Below, in pieces: positions 34,346 to 47,224 of a DNA stretch of 64,000 nt (position 1 is its first letter; the number at the start of each line of letters is the position of its first letter). Position numbers and translations under genes: made by a program. The DNA comes from Felis catus (taxonomy: Eukaryota): NCBI RefSeq assembly GCF_018350175.1, contig NC_058370.1:62868001-62932000 (forward strand), written 5' to 3'. The notes under the pieces are model-generated. The model saw only the letters and a program-made list of their open reading frames with translations. It was not told the origin of the DNA and ran no database searches.

Positions 34346-35025
34346 CATATATTTACAGGGCGCCAGGGCGGCTCAGCGGGTTAAGCCTCTGACTCCTGAT
34401 TTCGGCTCAGGTCACGATCTCACAGTTCGTGAGTTCCAGCCCTGCATTGGGCTGTAAGCTGACAGTGCAGAGTCTGGTTGGGATTCTCTCTCTCCCTCGC
34501 TCTGCCCTTCCCCTGCTCTCTCTCTCTCTCTCTCAAAAAATAAACTAAAAAAAATTATTTAAAAAGTTGCATATATTTAGGCTGTNNNNNNNNNNNNNNN
34601 NNNNNNNNNNNNNNNNNNNNNNNNNNNNNNNNNNNNNNNNNNNNNNNNNNNNNNNNNNNNNNNNNNNNNNNNNNNNNNNNNNNNNNNNNNNNNNNNNNNN
34701 NNNNNNNNNNNNNNNNNNNNNNNNNNNNNNNNNNNNNNNNNNNNNNNNNNNNNNNNNNNNNNNNNNNNAATCACCATGTTGTATGTTAGATCTCCAGAAC
34801 CTTCTCATCTTATAGCTAAAAGTCTGTACCCATTGACCAACATCTCCCCATTTCCCCCGTACCGCAGCCCTTGGCTACCTCCATTCCACTCTCTGCTTCT
34901 ATGAGTTGGACTTGTTTAGATTCCGCATCTAAGTGAGGTCATGCAATGCTTGTCTTCCTCTGCTTCGCTTATTTGACTCGGCACCCTGTCCTCCATGTCG
35001 AGCCTTGTCACAAACGACAAAATTT
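34346..35025 (-). mobile_element. LINE-1 3' end (L1MA/L1_Carn-like) with nested SINE and N gap
   Basis: tcaccatgttgtatgttagatctccagaac...ttgaccaacatctcccc...ctctctgcttctatgagtt. Confidence 0.85.
34358..34565 (+). mobile_element. Can-SINE
   Basis: Head and tail present; catatattta on both sides. Confidence 0.93.
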
Positions 35026-35349
35026 CCTTGCCAGCTCATTGGCTCTGCCCATCTGTTGGCCCCGCAGGGTTGTGAGCCTTTTAGAAGCAGCCTTGTGGCC
35101 TGGTCAGCCTTGGGCACTCGGCACCCAGCATAGTGGAATGGAGCTCTAGAACATGCCCTCCTTCCTTGACCTTGATATGAACCACGACCTTGATATGAAC
35201 ACCTGATCAGGTAGTAGAACCTTTGCTATTATTCTCTTGTCTTCTGCCACCGGAGGGTCCCCTAACCTTCAAGGTTCATGACAAGAGATGACAAGTGTGC
35301 CACATGATGCCGGTGGCCCAGTGGGAGCTCCCTCATATAATGGGGATGC

Positions 35350-35797
35350 TGCTAGCTCTGTGACCTCATTCCCCACGCTGTCCCCTGTTCACCCTGTTCC
35401 AGCCATACTGGCTCCTGATGTCTACTCAAACATACCAATCTCGCTCCTGCCTCAGGATCTGCTCCCTCTGCCTTGAAGGGCTTCCTCCAGAAACCCACAG
35501 GGCCTGTTCCCTCTATGCATTCGAACTTTTGCTCAAATATCAACCCAGAGAGACCTTTGTGGATCGGCCCATCTAAAAGTTACCCACCCCTCTGTGTCAC
35601 TGTCTGTCCACCTCACCTTGCTTTGGTTTCTTCTCAGCTCTTGACCGCGTCAGCCATGATTTTGGGGGGCTTATTATCTGTTTCCCCCACCGGCATGCTG
35701 TTTCTTCTGGGCAGAGGCTTTGCCTCTTGGGTTATCGCTAGTTTCTCAATGATTGGTGCATGGTAGATGCTCAATAAGTATTTGTTGAAAATGACTG
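35350..35797 (+). mobile_element. LINE-2 3' end (L2a-like)
   Basis: ccagccatactggc...ctcctgcctcagg...tgctcaaatatca...gtagatgctcaataagtatttgttgaa. Confidence 0.85.
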
Positions 35798-36494
35798 TGG
35801 CACGAGCCCAGCCTCCTCACAGGGCCTCTGCCTCTGGTTGTGCTGGGTCACTTTCCCACGGGACGCACCCTGCTGTGGTTTGGCAACACTGGCTGGTGGT
35901 GAGAGACCTAGAGCTGTGTCTCCGAATCCCTGGTCCTGTCCTATCTCTCACATCCTGCTGGCCTCTGTGCCCTGGATGCCCCATCTGAAGAGGGGGTGGG
36001 TGACGCTTACCGTATACTCCCCAGGGGACTGACCACCACAATGGGCTGGAAGGAAATCCTCACAGAAGGGCTTCTGAGTGGGCTTGATGCTCTCACACCA
36101 AACACGGGGAACCCCCAGTAGGGCCAGCACAAGTTTTGTGCTGACCACCACGCCCAGGATAGCAGCGGCCCCTCCCTGAGCTCCCCCTGCTTGGCTTACC
36201 ACTGCTCTTCCAGGACTCGGGGCTTTTCTGAGAAGCTGAGGGAAGCAACCATGTGGCAGCAGCAGGGGCTGGACCCAGCCAGGGAGCACCGAGGACTGCT
36301 GACTTCAGCCTCTGCCTGGGCTCCAAGGGGCAGTTCCACAGGGTGGGTGGAGGGAGAGCACCTGGACCCCTGGAACCTTCTCTGGGTCTCAGAGTATGCA
36401 GTGAACATGGTAAAGCACCGCTCTGGAGGTTTTTACTTCTTTGGTTCAAATCAATACAATTTAACAAGCATGCACTGGTTGGAGACACCAAGAA

Positions 36495-36965
36495 CTTTGT
36501 AGACTTGGTAATTCTATTTCTAGAAGTTTATCCTAAAGAAATTACCAGAGACATATGCAAAGATGTATGTGCAATGTTTATTAAATTATTCTGTATAATA
36601 GCAAACAGTTTGGAAATAGCTTAAATAACGATTGGACATTTGTTTAATAATCATTGTGTCGTGCAGTGGGATACCATGCAATTACATTTTCAAAGACTAT
36701 TTTAATGATCCAGGAAAATTCTGTTAATGCAATTTATACGGAAAAAATCAGACTTTTATGTTTATGTGTGTGTAAATGACTTTAAATTCATGTATAAAAT
36801 CAAAATTTTATGTGTGTATGTGTATATTTCCCCAATTTTATTGAAACGGTTATCAGTAATGTTTACTTCCATTTAGTGTGATGATTATGAGATGTTTTCT
36901 TTTTTTTTTTTTAGATTTTTAAATAGTTTTTATGATGAACCTGTATTCATATTACAATTTCAAAT
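36495..36965 (+). mobile_element. Old LINE-1 3' fragment (L1ME-like)
   Basis: aattctatttctagaagtttatcctaaagaaat...tataatagcaaacagtttggaaa. Confidence 0.75.
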
Positions 36966-37064
36966 GTTATTGGTTTTTAGTGGGATAAAATTATTCACTG
37001 ATTTCCCATCAGGCCTCAATTTGGGGCAGAAGTATGTGGAGTAATGTTAAGAAAAGCTTGGGGA

Positions 37065-37296
37065 GGGGCAACTGGGTGACTCAGTCAGTTAAGTGTCCGA
37101 CTCTTGATTTTGGCTCAGGTCATGATCGCACAGTTTGTGGGACCAAGCCCCACGTAGGGCTCTGCACTGACACTGCGGAGCCTGCTTGGGATTCTCTCTC
37201 CCTCTTTCTCTGCCCCTCCTCCACTTGTGTGTGCATCCGAGGGTGTTTTCTCTCTCTCTCTCTCTCTCAAAGTAGATAAATAAACATTAAAAAGAA
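37065..37296 (+). mobile_element. Can-SINE
   Basis: TSD aagaaaagcttg(g/a)gga at 37049-37064 and 37297-37312. Confidence 0.95.
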
Positions 37297-38029
37297 AAGA
37301 AAAGCTTGAGGATGCCAAGTAAATGTGTTTACTCTTCAAGTCTGGAAGCTTGTTAGGTCCTGGGGGACCTCTTGTATGTGTAAGGTGTAAGTCCTCTGAG
37401 ACGAGTGCTGTGGGGTATTTTTATCAGGAGTCTGGCCGCAAGAATAGTGTTCTCTCCCTCTGTGTCATGGTGGGTCCTACCGGAGAGGGAGGTCATTCTC
37501 AAGATCAGGTGCCTGAGGGAAAGTGGGTCTTTCAAAGTAGGAAGTGGACCTGGGAAGAATGTGCTAAGAGTAAGATGGGATAGAGGACTCTGGGTATGGG
37601 GCCTCCATCCCCTCTGAGACTTCCCCAGAGGATGGGCAAGACCTGGGAGCCTTTGCAGGGGTCCTGGCCGAGGTGGGACAGGACACCCTTGCCTGTGGAA
37701 GCCTGGTGGTTGTATAGATCTTCCAGGTACTGTGTCTCTATTCTTGTTGTCTTCCCTCAGGGTTTAGTAATGCCGTCCGGTACATTAGCTGTGCTTTGCT
37801 AAAAGAAGCCAAAGCCTGGGTTTCTAGCTGTGCTTGGTCCAAAGAAATGAAAGCACAGTGGCCTCCCAGGGGACCAGCCATGGGGAGGCGGTGAGAATGA
37901 AGACATCGGCCCAAAGAAGGGGGGTGAGCAGGTGACAAGCCTATTTGATCCAGCTGTCCCTCCCGCCTGGAAATCCTCCTTCTTGAACTATATCTTGGGG
38001 GCTCTGGTTTATAAAATAATAACAACAAT

Positions 38030-38520
38030 ACTAACTTTCAACATTTTTATCATTTGTGTACACATAAGTGCATGACTATTCTGGAAAAGTTAAAAATTCA
38101 GATAAGCAAGACCAAAAGAAAAGCAAAGGAAAAATAAAAACTCTAAAACTGCCTTTTATCTCACAACCAGTCAGTGTTTTGGTGTATAATCTTCCAACAT
38201 TTTTACTGAATCAACGTATTTTCAAAGTTGGGTTATTTTATGTCTTTATTAGCTTTTTATTTTTCTATGCTATAAACTTCTTTCTATGTCATTAAGTGTT
38301 CTACAAACTCATCTTTGAAAGACGGCATTGTGTGTTATTTTCTGGTTCAGAATTTATTTAACCAATCCCCTCTTGTTGAACATTTAGGTTGCTTCCAGTT
38401 TTTTAGGCTCATAGATAACACGGCAAAGTACAGCCCTGTAGCTAAATCTTTATACATCTTTGTGCGTTCCCCTAGCATAAGTCTCAGAAACAGACTCCCT
38501 GAATTAAAGGATGTTAGGTT
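38030..38520 (-). mobile_element. Old LINE-1 3' fragment (L1ME-like)
   Basis: atttatttaaccaatcccctcttgttgaacatttaggttgcttccagttt. Confidence 0.78.
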
Positions 38521-39459
38521 TTGTTTCCATCCCTGTGCAAGCCCTGGGAAGGCAGAGTTATTCTGAAGGTCTCACAGCCGAGCCCTACACACAGAACTCC
38601 AGGGCCTGCTGGCCCCCAAGTCTGCATGTTCCAGATGTGCCAAAACATCCGTCGCTCCTCCCCCCCCCCCCCGCCACTCCCAGGCTTGGGGCTCACCCCG
38701 GAGAATGAATTATACCTCCCTGCTGGACATGAGGCCATTTGTCTTGTGCTCTGGAATCCTGATGAGATAAAATCTGGGCCGAGCACATTTCTTTATTTAA
38801 TGTATTTCTGGGCAGGTGAGCCCTACCCTTGGGAATCACCTCCAGATCGGGGTTAAGAGTTTACAGGGAGAAGGAGCAGGTCACGAGGTATAGAGCAGCT
38901 CCGGGGCTCACCCCCTGCGGGTCAGAGGAGGCCCCATTTCCCACTTTAGGCTCACCCTGGCCCCAGCTCCAAACTCCCAAATCCTGCCTCTCAACCAGAG
39001 GGCACGGGAAATTTTAGGGGTCTACTTCCCATTATACAGCTAAGGCTGGTGGCAAGGATTTCACTCCTCAGAGAAGGAACTGGGTGCCTAGTGATGTACC
39101 CAAATCTCTCCTTCCGTGAGAGGTAGGATCTCCCTGCCTCACATTTCAGGGCTCTAGATACCTCTGAAAGGCCTGCCGGGTGCTGACGCCTAGACCTCAG
39201 GCCTCTGGTTTGTCTGAGCACATACAGCTCTCTCCATCTTGGGGGCTTTATCCTTGCTTTAGGCTCAAACTCTGCAAATGCTCCCCCTTGAGACTCCTCA
39301 AAGATCCAGGCTTCTCTTGTGCTCACACAACCAATACGTCCTAACCCCACCCACCCCCTGTCCTGTGTGGCACATTTTTGACCCTCTTCAAGTATGGTGT
39401 CTCTCCAGAGATCGTGCAGAGCATGTGTCCTCTATGCCAGGGCTCCCGATCCCTGACCC

Positions 39460-39572
39460 CCATCAGATCGCCAGGGGAGCTCTGTAAATATTCAGGTTCC
39501 AGAGTCTCTCTTCAGAGACACAGATTCTGTAGGTCTGGAGAGATGCCCAGGAATCAATGTTCTCACAAAGGA
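39460..39572. mobile_element. MER5A-type MITE fragment
   Basis: catcagatcgccaggggagct...agattctgtaggtctgg...gcccaggaatc. Confidence 0.65.
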
Positions 39573-40299
39573 TGGTCCTCCTGACTCTTCCCACAGAGCT
39601 GTCTTCCTGTCCCTCATCTCTGCTGATGCGGGAGACAGAGCAGGGGCCTCTGGGTCAAGCAGGCCCATGGCAAGCAAAGCAACGAGAAACAGATGGTTTC
39701 AAGGCTGCTTCCTCAGGTAACTTAAGTTCAGGAGGCTCGGCAGCCAAACTGGCCTCTCCTGGCAGGGGGATTTGGCCAGGCCAACCTGAACAGCCGCACA
39801 AAGCCATCCTCACAGGCTCTCGGGCCGTGCGTCCCCAGGCGCTTGCTCGCTGGGATGCATAAGCACGCCTCTGGCCGGTCGGCCTGCAGGGGTTTGTGAC
39901 CAGAGAATTAAAGTATAGTCCTCGGCTCCCGTGGACACTTCTAGAAGGCGCTGGCGGCAACAGCACAGCAGGTCTGAGGAGAAAAGGGCCTCTGTGGGCC
40001 AGAGGTGGGTCTGTGCAGACAGGCCCACACATGCTGGGTGCGGGTCTCCTGTGCCAGCCCAAGGAACTCAGGAGGGTCAAACCCCTTCCCACTGCTGGCT
40101 CTCCCCCGCACTGGAGGCAAGAAGGTAAGTCTCCTTGTTGCTGCACTGGGGCCGCTGGGGAGCCCCTAGGACTATGGTGGGTAGTGTCATGACCCAGAGG
40201 TCCCTGTGGACAGTGACCTCACAGATGCCCTGCTCAGTTCTGGCCATTCCTAGTTTATGGACTTTTCACAATAAAAGCAATTTGTTAAATGTACAACAA

Positions 40300-40530
40300 A
40301 ATTCATTCTCGATCTCAGTCTGTGGTAACTTCATCCCTTCAGTTGCCCAGACCAACGCCTTGGAGTTGTCCTTGAGTCCTTTCTCTTAGACCCCGTGTCC
40401 CATCCATCAGAGAATCCTGTCAGCTGGATTTCAACTTATTCCAGAACCCAACCACCTGTCACCACTTCTGTTCCATCATCTCTGGCCTTCTACGGGTCTC
40501 TGCTCCACGGAACAGCCACGGGAGCCTGAC
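40300..40530 (+). mobile_element. LINE-2 fragment
   Basis: catcccttcagttgcccagacca...cttggagttgtccttga...ccatccatcag..aatcctgtcagct. Confidence 0.75.
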
Positions 40531-43500
40531 GGGACTGATGCAGGAGGGGCTGGTCCAGGGTCAAGCTACGCCACGGACCCTATTTGTGTCCAGGGCCCTC
40601 CTGTCCAGATTTGATTTCATCATGGCTATTCTTACCAAGGAAAGCAGTTCATCTGTCACATACAAAATGAAATTCTTTTTTGCATATCATTAACACAGCA
40701 TCATAAATGCCCCACCCCCAATTTCTCTTCAGATCCCGTGTCTTCATTTGGGGTCTGTGACATCTACTGTCCTCATAGGGGCTCCTTTTAGGCACTGGGA
40801 CTTGGAGCTGTGAGCCAGGGCAAAACACTCAGCAATCTGGGGGCCCCTCCAAGACGCTGTGACCAGGGCCAGCAGAGCCTTAACACTGTAGTGCCCTGCT
40901 TGGAATCCGCTGTGGCACGATGCCACCACAGGTGTGATGATGTACCAGATGTGCATGAATGATGTGGGGAAGCTGAGTCCCGTCCCCCGGAGGCGGGGGG
41001 GCGGGGAACACTTCCGTCTCTCTCTGTCAGCATGAGAGGGCTCCTCCTTGGAGCTTGGGTCAGGACTCATCTTTCTGTGGGGCCCCAGGCTCAGTGCTGG
41101 CTGAGACAGACAGAATAGGGTCTGTGGGATGTGTGCGGCATACACGTGTGATTACACCCCTCGCCCTGCCTCCCCCACGGCTCCTCCAGCCTGGAGCTGA
41201 CAGCAGTCAGGTGCAGACTCCACCCGTCCACTCTCCTACCCCAGCCCCAAGTCCATTCAAGGCCAAGGCCTGCAGTGGCCCTCAAGGGGCAGCTCTCCCA
41301 GACCTGCTTTTGCTTAGTCTTGTTTTCTAGGCCACCGCCGTTGGACCGGACTCCCTGGTTGCAGCCGAGCAGCCCACGTCAGGGCTTGGAGGAGCCAGGC
41401 CATCTTATCCAAGCGAGGACTTGAGCCTCAGAAAGGAGGAGGCAAACCCATGTCACCCAGCAGGTCCGTGGCAGAAGGAGATGGACGCCAGATGAGTTTT
41501 TTAGCTGAGAAAGGGAGCAGGGCCAGGAAGGAAGGAGGAGCAGGGAGCTCCCAGCCAGAGCCAGTAGCTCTCCTCACCTCCAGCTCAGCCCTGAGGCTGG
41601 CCTTAGCCCACTTGCTTCCAGCCAGGCCTCCTCTGTCTTCCTGAGCCCTCAGACCTGCCAGAAGCTTCTCCCCTTCTGCTGCCTTGTGTCCATCCTCCAG
41701 GTCCTCCCTCTTACTTGCTGCTTTTGCAGACTCCAGGCAAGGGAGCAAAGGCTGGTGGGGAGAGAGGGGTCTCTGCCAGACTCAGGCAGACTCCCTTCCA
41801 GCCAGTGGGTCTGCCCTCCCCTTGACAGATTGCCTAGAGGCATTTCCCCCCATCCTTCCCTAGCTCTGTGGCCCCCAGCCCTGACTCAGCCCATAAATTA
41901 CCTGGGGATGGTCGCTGAATCAGCCAGGAAGCCCAGAGCCCTGCTCCTCACCCCCAGGCCTCAACTCCACAGCTGGCTCTCATTCCGGAATACTTGGTCC
42001 CCTCCCCTCAGGAAATTCCTGGAAAATATCAGGCTTCTTCGAGGGGAGATCTCCTAACCACAGCCACAGCAGGGAAGGGAGCCACCACAGCCCCATCCAT
42101 CATCCTGCCGCCCTGGCCCTCCTCCCCCAGCTGCTGGGCCTGTGTGGGGCTGAGCGTGGAGGTGTCCGTCCCCATGAAGTGATAGGCACATGGCCGTGGA
42201 GGGATGGCGGGGCAGGGAAGAGGGAGGAGAGACCAGCCGGAGGTGAGGCAGTCAGGGCAGGCTGCTGGGAGGTGGGAGCAGTCCTAGGCCAGGAAGGATG
42301 GGGAGAACGGTTCAGTGGAGAGATGGAAAGAGTGCCCTTTCCACAGCCATTCAGGGAACGGCCCGAGCAAAGGTGAGGCAGTGGCAAGGAGACCGGCATG
42401 GATGCGGGGTTGGAGGAAGTCGGAGAATAACAGGGTGGAGGAGATTGCCAGCAAGCCCTGAGGAACGACGGTCCCTGCAACATTCCTTGGGCTCCTAGGG
42501 CCTGCTCAAGACCTCTGCACCATCACACTCCAGTCAGGCGGTAGAGGCAGGGCTGTTGCTCTCAAGGAGCCCAGGCTGAGGCACATGGCTTTGGCACCAG
42601 GGAACTCTGCGTCTAAGGTAAAGACAGACATCCAGGCCCTTCCTGCCTCCTCTGGATTCCCCCCCCTCCCCGCCCTTGAATACTTTCCTTGGAAAAGCCC
42701 ATTAGTTAATGAGGGAAAGCCAAGTCCAGTCCACAGATAACACGTCTCTTTTTTTGGCTACTTCCCCTCAGACAATAACAACTTTTTAAAGTACAAAAAT
42801 TCCTGCCCAACTTCCCCCAAGGAAGGATGGCTGAATGATGTGGCTGTGGCCATAGTAACAAAGGCACCAAGGAGAGAAACAAAGTAAGCTAGCTGACCTC
42901 AGGGGCGGGTAGTTGGCAGAGGTGTTCTGAGGTCGCTGGGCCCCCAGGGGTGGGAGGCCAGGCCAGGGTGCCGTGGGGAGGGGTCAGCTGAGTCTCCGGC
43001 GTTTATTCACTTTCCCTCGGAATGGCGGTTCTACAGAGCAAGGCAGGGAGTCAGGGAGAGCTGGGGCTGAAGACAGAAAGGTGGAGGTGGTGCCAGCCAG
43101 GCAAAGAAGGCACAGAGGGAAAGACCAGAGAAGCAGAGTGACATGGAGAGGAAAGCCCTCGAAGGCAAGGACTGGGTCTCAGCTCCTCGTGTATCCTCAG
43201 CTCTGAAGCTGGGAAAGCGGCTTAATAAATGGTGTCCCCTGGGGAAGGCGTTCGTGTCTGTCAAAGCCCTAAAAACGTTTTATTGACATTCTTGAGTTGC
43301 ATGTTGGACCACCTGACCCCACTCTAGACCCCCAGAGACAGATCTGCCTTGTTCACTGTTGCATCTGGGCACCTAGTGGGGTGGCCCTCCCCTCGCTGTC
43401 TGTTCAAGGTGTGAAAAGAAGAGGGAAGAGCTGTGGGCAAGAGACCAAACAGACCCACCCTGGGATGTGGCCTCTGGAGAGAGGCTCCAGGGCACCCGCC

Positions 43501-44733
43501 CCTGCTTTCTAGCCCCGTGCAGGGGCCTGTCCTGTTCCTGGAGCCTGAGGTGGGGAAGGGCAGCCTGGGAGGGTTACCTCCGTGAGCCCCAGCCCTGGGA
43601 CACTGGGAGGGCGCTGCCCGCAAGGCCAGCCTGGTAAGGGGGACGGGCATCCTGCCTCATTGTCACTGGCCCAGCCGCACTTCCAGAAATTCTTCCTGCC
43701 AGCAAGAAGAGGAAAGAAAAGCCCGGGCAGCCTCTTGGGCTGCCAGGAAGGGGGTGGGCAAGTGGGAACCAGGTTTCCCAGAGCTCTCACGGGCCAAGCT
43801 GGAGCTGTGGGGCCTTCTGCCTGGGCCAAAGGGCCTGCTCAGCTCTGGGACAAAAGTGGGCCCGAGTGTGAGGTGTCACAAGAACTGACCAATGGAACTG
43901 AAGCTCACCACGTCTGTGCCCAGCCAGGCTGTTTGTGGCTGCAGAGCAGAGACGGGAAGAAGGAAGGCCTGGGAACCGCTAGGCTTCCCGCAGGCCGTTT
44001 TTAAATGTGGGGGTCACAATAGACTGAAGCTCATTTTAAATCCAGAGTAATTATTGCCTCTCCTCCTCGTTTCGTGTCTAGCCCTATAGCTCTTGAGGGG
44101 GACAGAGAGGAAAAAATATTTATTCTTCTTCTTCTTATTATTCTCCCATCTAGCATTTTCCTAGTGTGTTCTGTGCAGCACCAGCCTACAGGCGAAATCC
44201 TTGATAAAACAGGAAGGTTTGCGGAACTCAGCACATCAGCTACCCTCTTTGAGATTCCTGGCACACAATGTAAATATTAAATTCTCACAGAAATCCTGAA
44301 GACACTCATTTCACTTAGGTTAATCCAGCGTTTCTCAAATGTATCCAACCACAGAACCCCTTTCTCATGGGACGCCAGAAACACATTTGGGGGAAGGCTG
44401 TGTTAAAGCTTTCGAGGGGTGGCTTTCTGACGTTGTTCCAGCCATGGTGCCACAAGGGTGGTGTGAGAGGGACTGGGGAAATGAGTCAGCTGGAGTCTGG
44501 GTCTCCATCCCACCCCACCCACCCCAATTCAACCAGCAGTTCCTTTATTCTGCCGGGATCGGGTTTCCAACAATATATTTTTATTTGATGAAGGGCCTCC
44601 GCTGCTAAAACTAAGTTTGAGAGCCAATACTTTGTGGCTCTTCATGAATATATGAAGAAAAAGAAAAACAGAGGCCAAGTGGGGTTGGGGGTGTCTAGAA
44701 ACAAAAATAGTGACATTAAAATGCAATCGATTT

Positions 44734-44953
44734 GCCGTGCCCGGGTGGCTCAGTAGGTTAAGCCTCCAACTTCGGCTCCGGTCATGAGTTTAAGCCCTCC
44801 CACCGCCTCCCCTTGCCCCTGTCAGGCTCTGTACTGACAGCTCAAAGCCTGGAGCCTGCTTCAGATTCTGTGTCTCCCTCTCTCTCTGCCCCTCCCCCGC
44901 TTGCACTCTGTCTCTCTCTCTCTCTCTCAAAAATAAATAAACATTAAAAAAAA
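44734..44953 (+). mobile_element. Can-SINE (SINEC_Fc), rearranged near the B box
   Basis: TSD aat(g/a)caat(c/a)gatt at 44720-44732 and 44961-44973. Confidence 0.92.
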
Positions 44954-45037
44954 TTTTTTTAATACAATAGATTAAACAGAACAGGAACACAGTGTGGGAG
45001 GAAATTTCCCCGTGTGTAAATCTCAGGATGTGCTGTC

Positions 45038-45125
45038 CAGGTATTTTAGTTCCATTTTACAGATGAAGAAACTGAGACAGGAGGAGTTGAGCTATGGGCA
45101 CAGGACTCTAACTAGATCTCTGACC
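45038..45125 (-). mobile_element. MIR core
   Basis: ccattttacagatgaagaaactgagacag. Confidence 0.75.
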
Positions 45126-45399
45126 AGGTGTCTTGCCACCCTTCCACAGTACTGGGGTTAGGAGAAGGGCTCCCACCCTCAGAAAACTCCCACTTTCATG
45201 GAAGAGGCAAAATCCGCCCACCAAAGAATGGCAAATGGAGGCAGTACCAATGCAGAAGCAAAGGTACTGTGGTTGGGACTGTCAGAGGGCAGAAGAGAAG
45301 GATTGGGGGAGCACGGAGCTCAGAAAGCCTTCTCTTTGAGAGCTGAAATTGCCCCCATGATATGTCCCAGAGCCTGGCGTGATTCTGCTATATGAAAAC

Positions 45400-45690
45400 T
45401 CATTTCTGTCTTCAGTTCTAGAGATTTCGTAGCCATTGTCTCTCTGCATATTGCCCCTCATTCTTCCCCATCTCTCTTCCTGCGATTCTACTTGGCATAG
45501 GCTGGACCTTCTCATTCTGTCCTCCACACCTCTCCCTCGTCCCTGTTTTCCACTTATTTGCATCTTTGTGCTGCATTCTTGGTAAACTCTCAGATCTCCT
45601 TTTCCAGCTCTTTCTATCCCACTGAGTTTTAAATTTCAACGATACTTTTTTTATTGTGGAAGTTTTACAGTCTGGCTTTTGACACTCAAA
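45400..45690 (-). mobile_element. HAL1/old L1 ORF1 relic
   Basis: Minus-strand peptide VEDRMRRSSL matches the L1 ORF1p EDRxRRxN motif; frameshifted. Confidence 0.65.
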
Positions 45691-47224
45691 ATCCAAGAAT
45701 TCTAGACTATTCCCTGAGGCAACCAATGCTGCTTGGTCAAGCCCGGGCTGGAGTCCTGAGGCTGAAGCCTCACTAGGTCCCCTCGTTAACCCCAGGGGCC
45801 ATGCAAATACGCTCTCTGTGGGTCCTTCAGAGCAAACTAGCTACAGAAAGTGAGCAGAGCTAAGGAATGCAAGAAGATATTGGGGGAAAGTCTAGTTAAT
45901 AGTTCACAAGATATTATCCCACATCCCCCCATCTATGGTAGATACTACTATTACCGTGATTACAATGACCATTATTATTGTATCACCATCAGTGTAACCT
46001 TGGGAACGTCCTCGTCTCTGCCTAAACCTTGGCTTCTCACCTGAGCCGGCACCAGATCAGCCCATTCGAAACAGGAGTCTTTTCCTCATCGGTCCCTGAA
46101 GCTTTCCCTCCCTGCTCTGCCTTCTCCTTCCCCTTTTCCTGGTCCAATGAAAGGTCTAGTCTGGCAGAGGCTGGGCCCTGATAACAGCCAAACAATGACA
46201 GCAGCAGCCCCTGAGCGAGGGCGTGGGAACCAGCTGAGATGATGGGAGAGGGACCGGAAAAGAGGAGGGGGGAGACCCAACAGCTGGACAGGCAGACACG
46301 TCCGCCCCCAACCCTGCCCTGGAAGCCCTGCTTGGCGGTAGGTGGAAACCAGTCTGTTTCTCTTGGATGGTCACCTTCTGGGCCACTCATTCATTCAACA
46401 GCTATTTACTGGACACCTACTAGGTAGCAGGCCCTGTGCCAGGAACGACCTTGTCCCTCGGGACTATCCCTTCAACTCTGCAAAAACATTCACAACTATT
46501 GCTTCGGAGTTCACACCACAGGCCTATGTAACAGGAAGGACTCCGATCCATAACCCTTCTTGATAAGAGAGTGCCGTGAGTTTTACAAGGACACAGGGCA
46601 AAGTGGTCTTCACTCCCCGGTCTACCCTCTGGCCTGGGGGAATGAAATCCTCTGGGCAGTTTGCCTGAAGGTAGTCAAAAGAAATTCATTCGCCCCCTTT
46701 TGTGGCCTCCAGTGTGCTGGGGGACACAACCCTTACTATCAACAGTTGTGCAGAATGCTCTAGATGTCTGTCAACCCTCCCTTTGCTATCACAGTTCAAC
46801 TTTTTTGAAGGGGGGAAGACTGTCCCAAATCCATCATGGAAATTACTCCATTTCTCAGTTAAAGGCCATTGGGAACTTTTTCTCATCTTTGCTAAAGGGG
46901 TGAAAAAAGTCTGAAAAGTTTGGTGAGCAATTTTTCTTGGAAACTGCAAATTGTAAGCTTTCTAATCCCGCCTTCACGAGCTGGCATCTGGGTTTCCCCT
47001 AGACTCCAGTCATTTTTCTGTTTATCCGGATTTCAGAGTAGGTAAGACAGGCCTCAGAAATTCCTGATTTCCTCTCGGAAGAGCAGGCACCAAAAAAGAC
47101 TCAAGGTTCTTGGCTCTCAGGTTTGGTTGTGGCTCCACAGGGAGCGATTTCAAACTCTCATGTTACTTCACATCGTCACCAGGCCCCGCTCAAGGCCAGT
47201 GCGTCATGGGGCAAGAATGCCATG

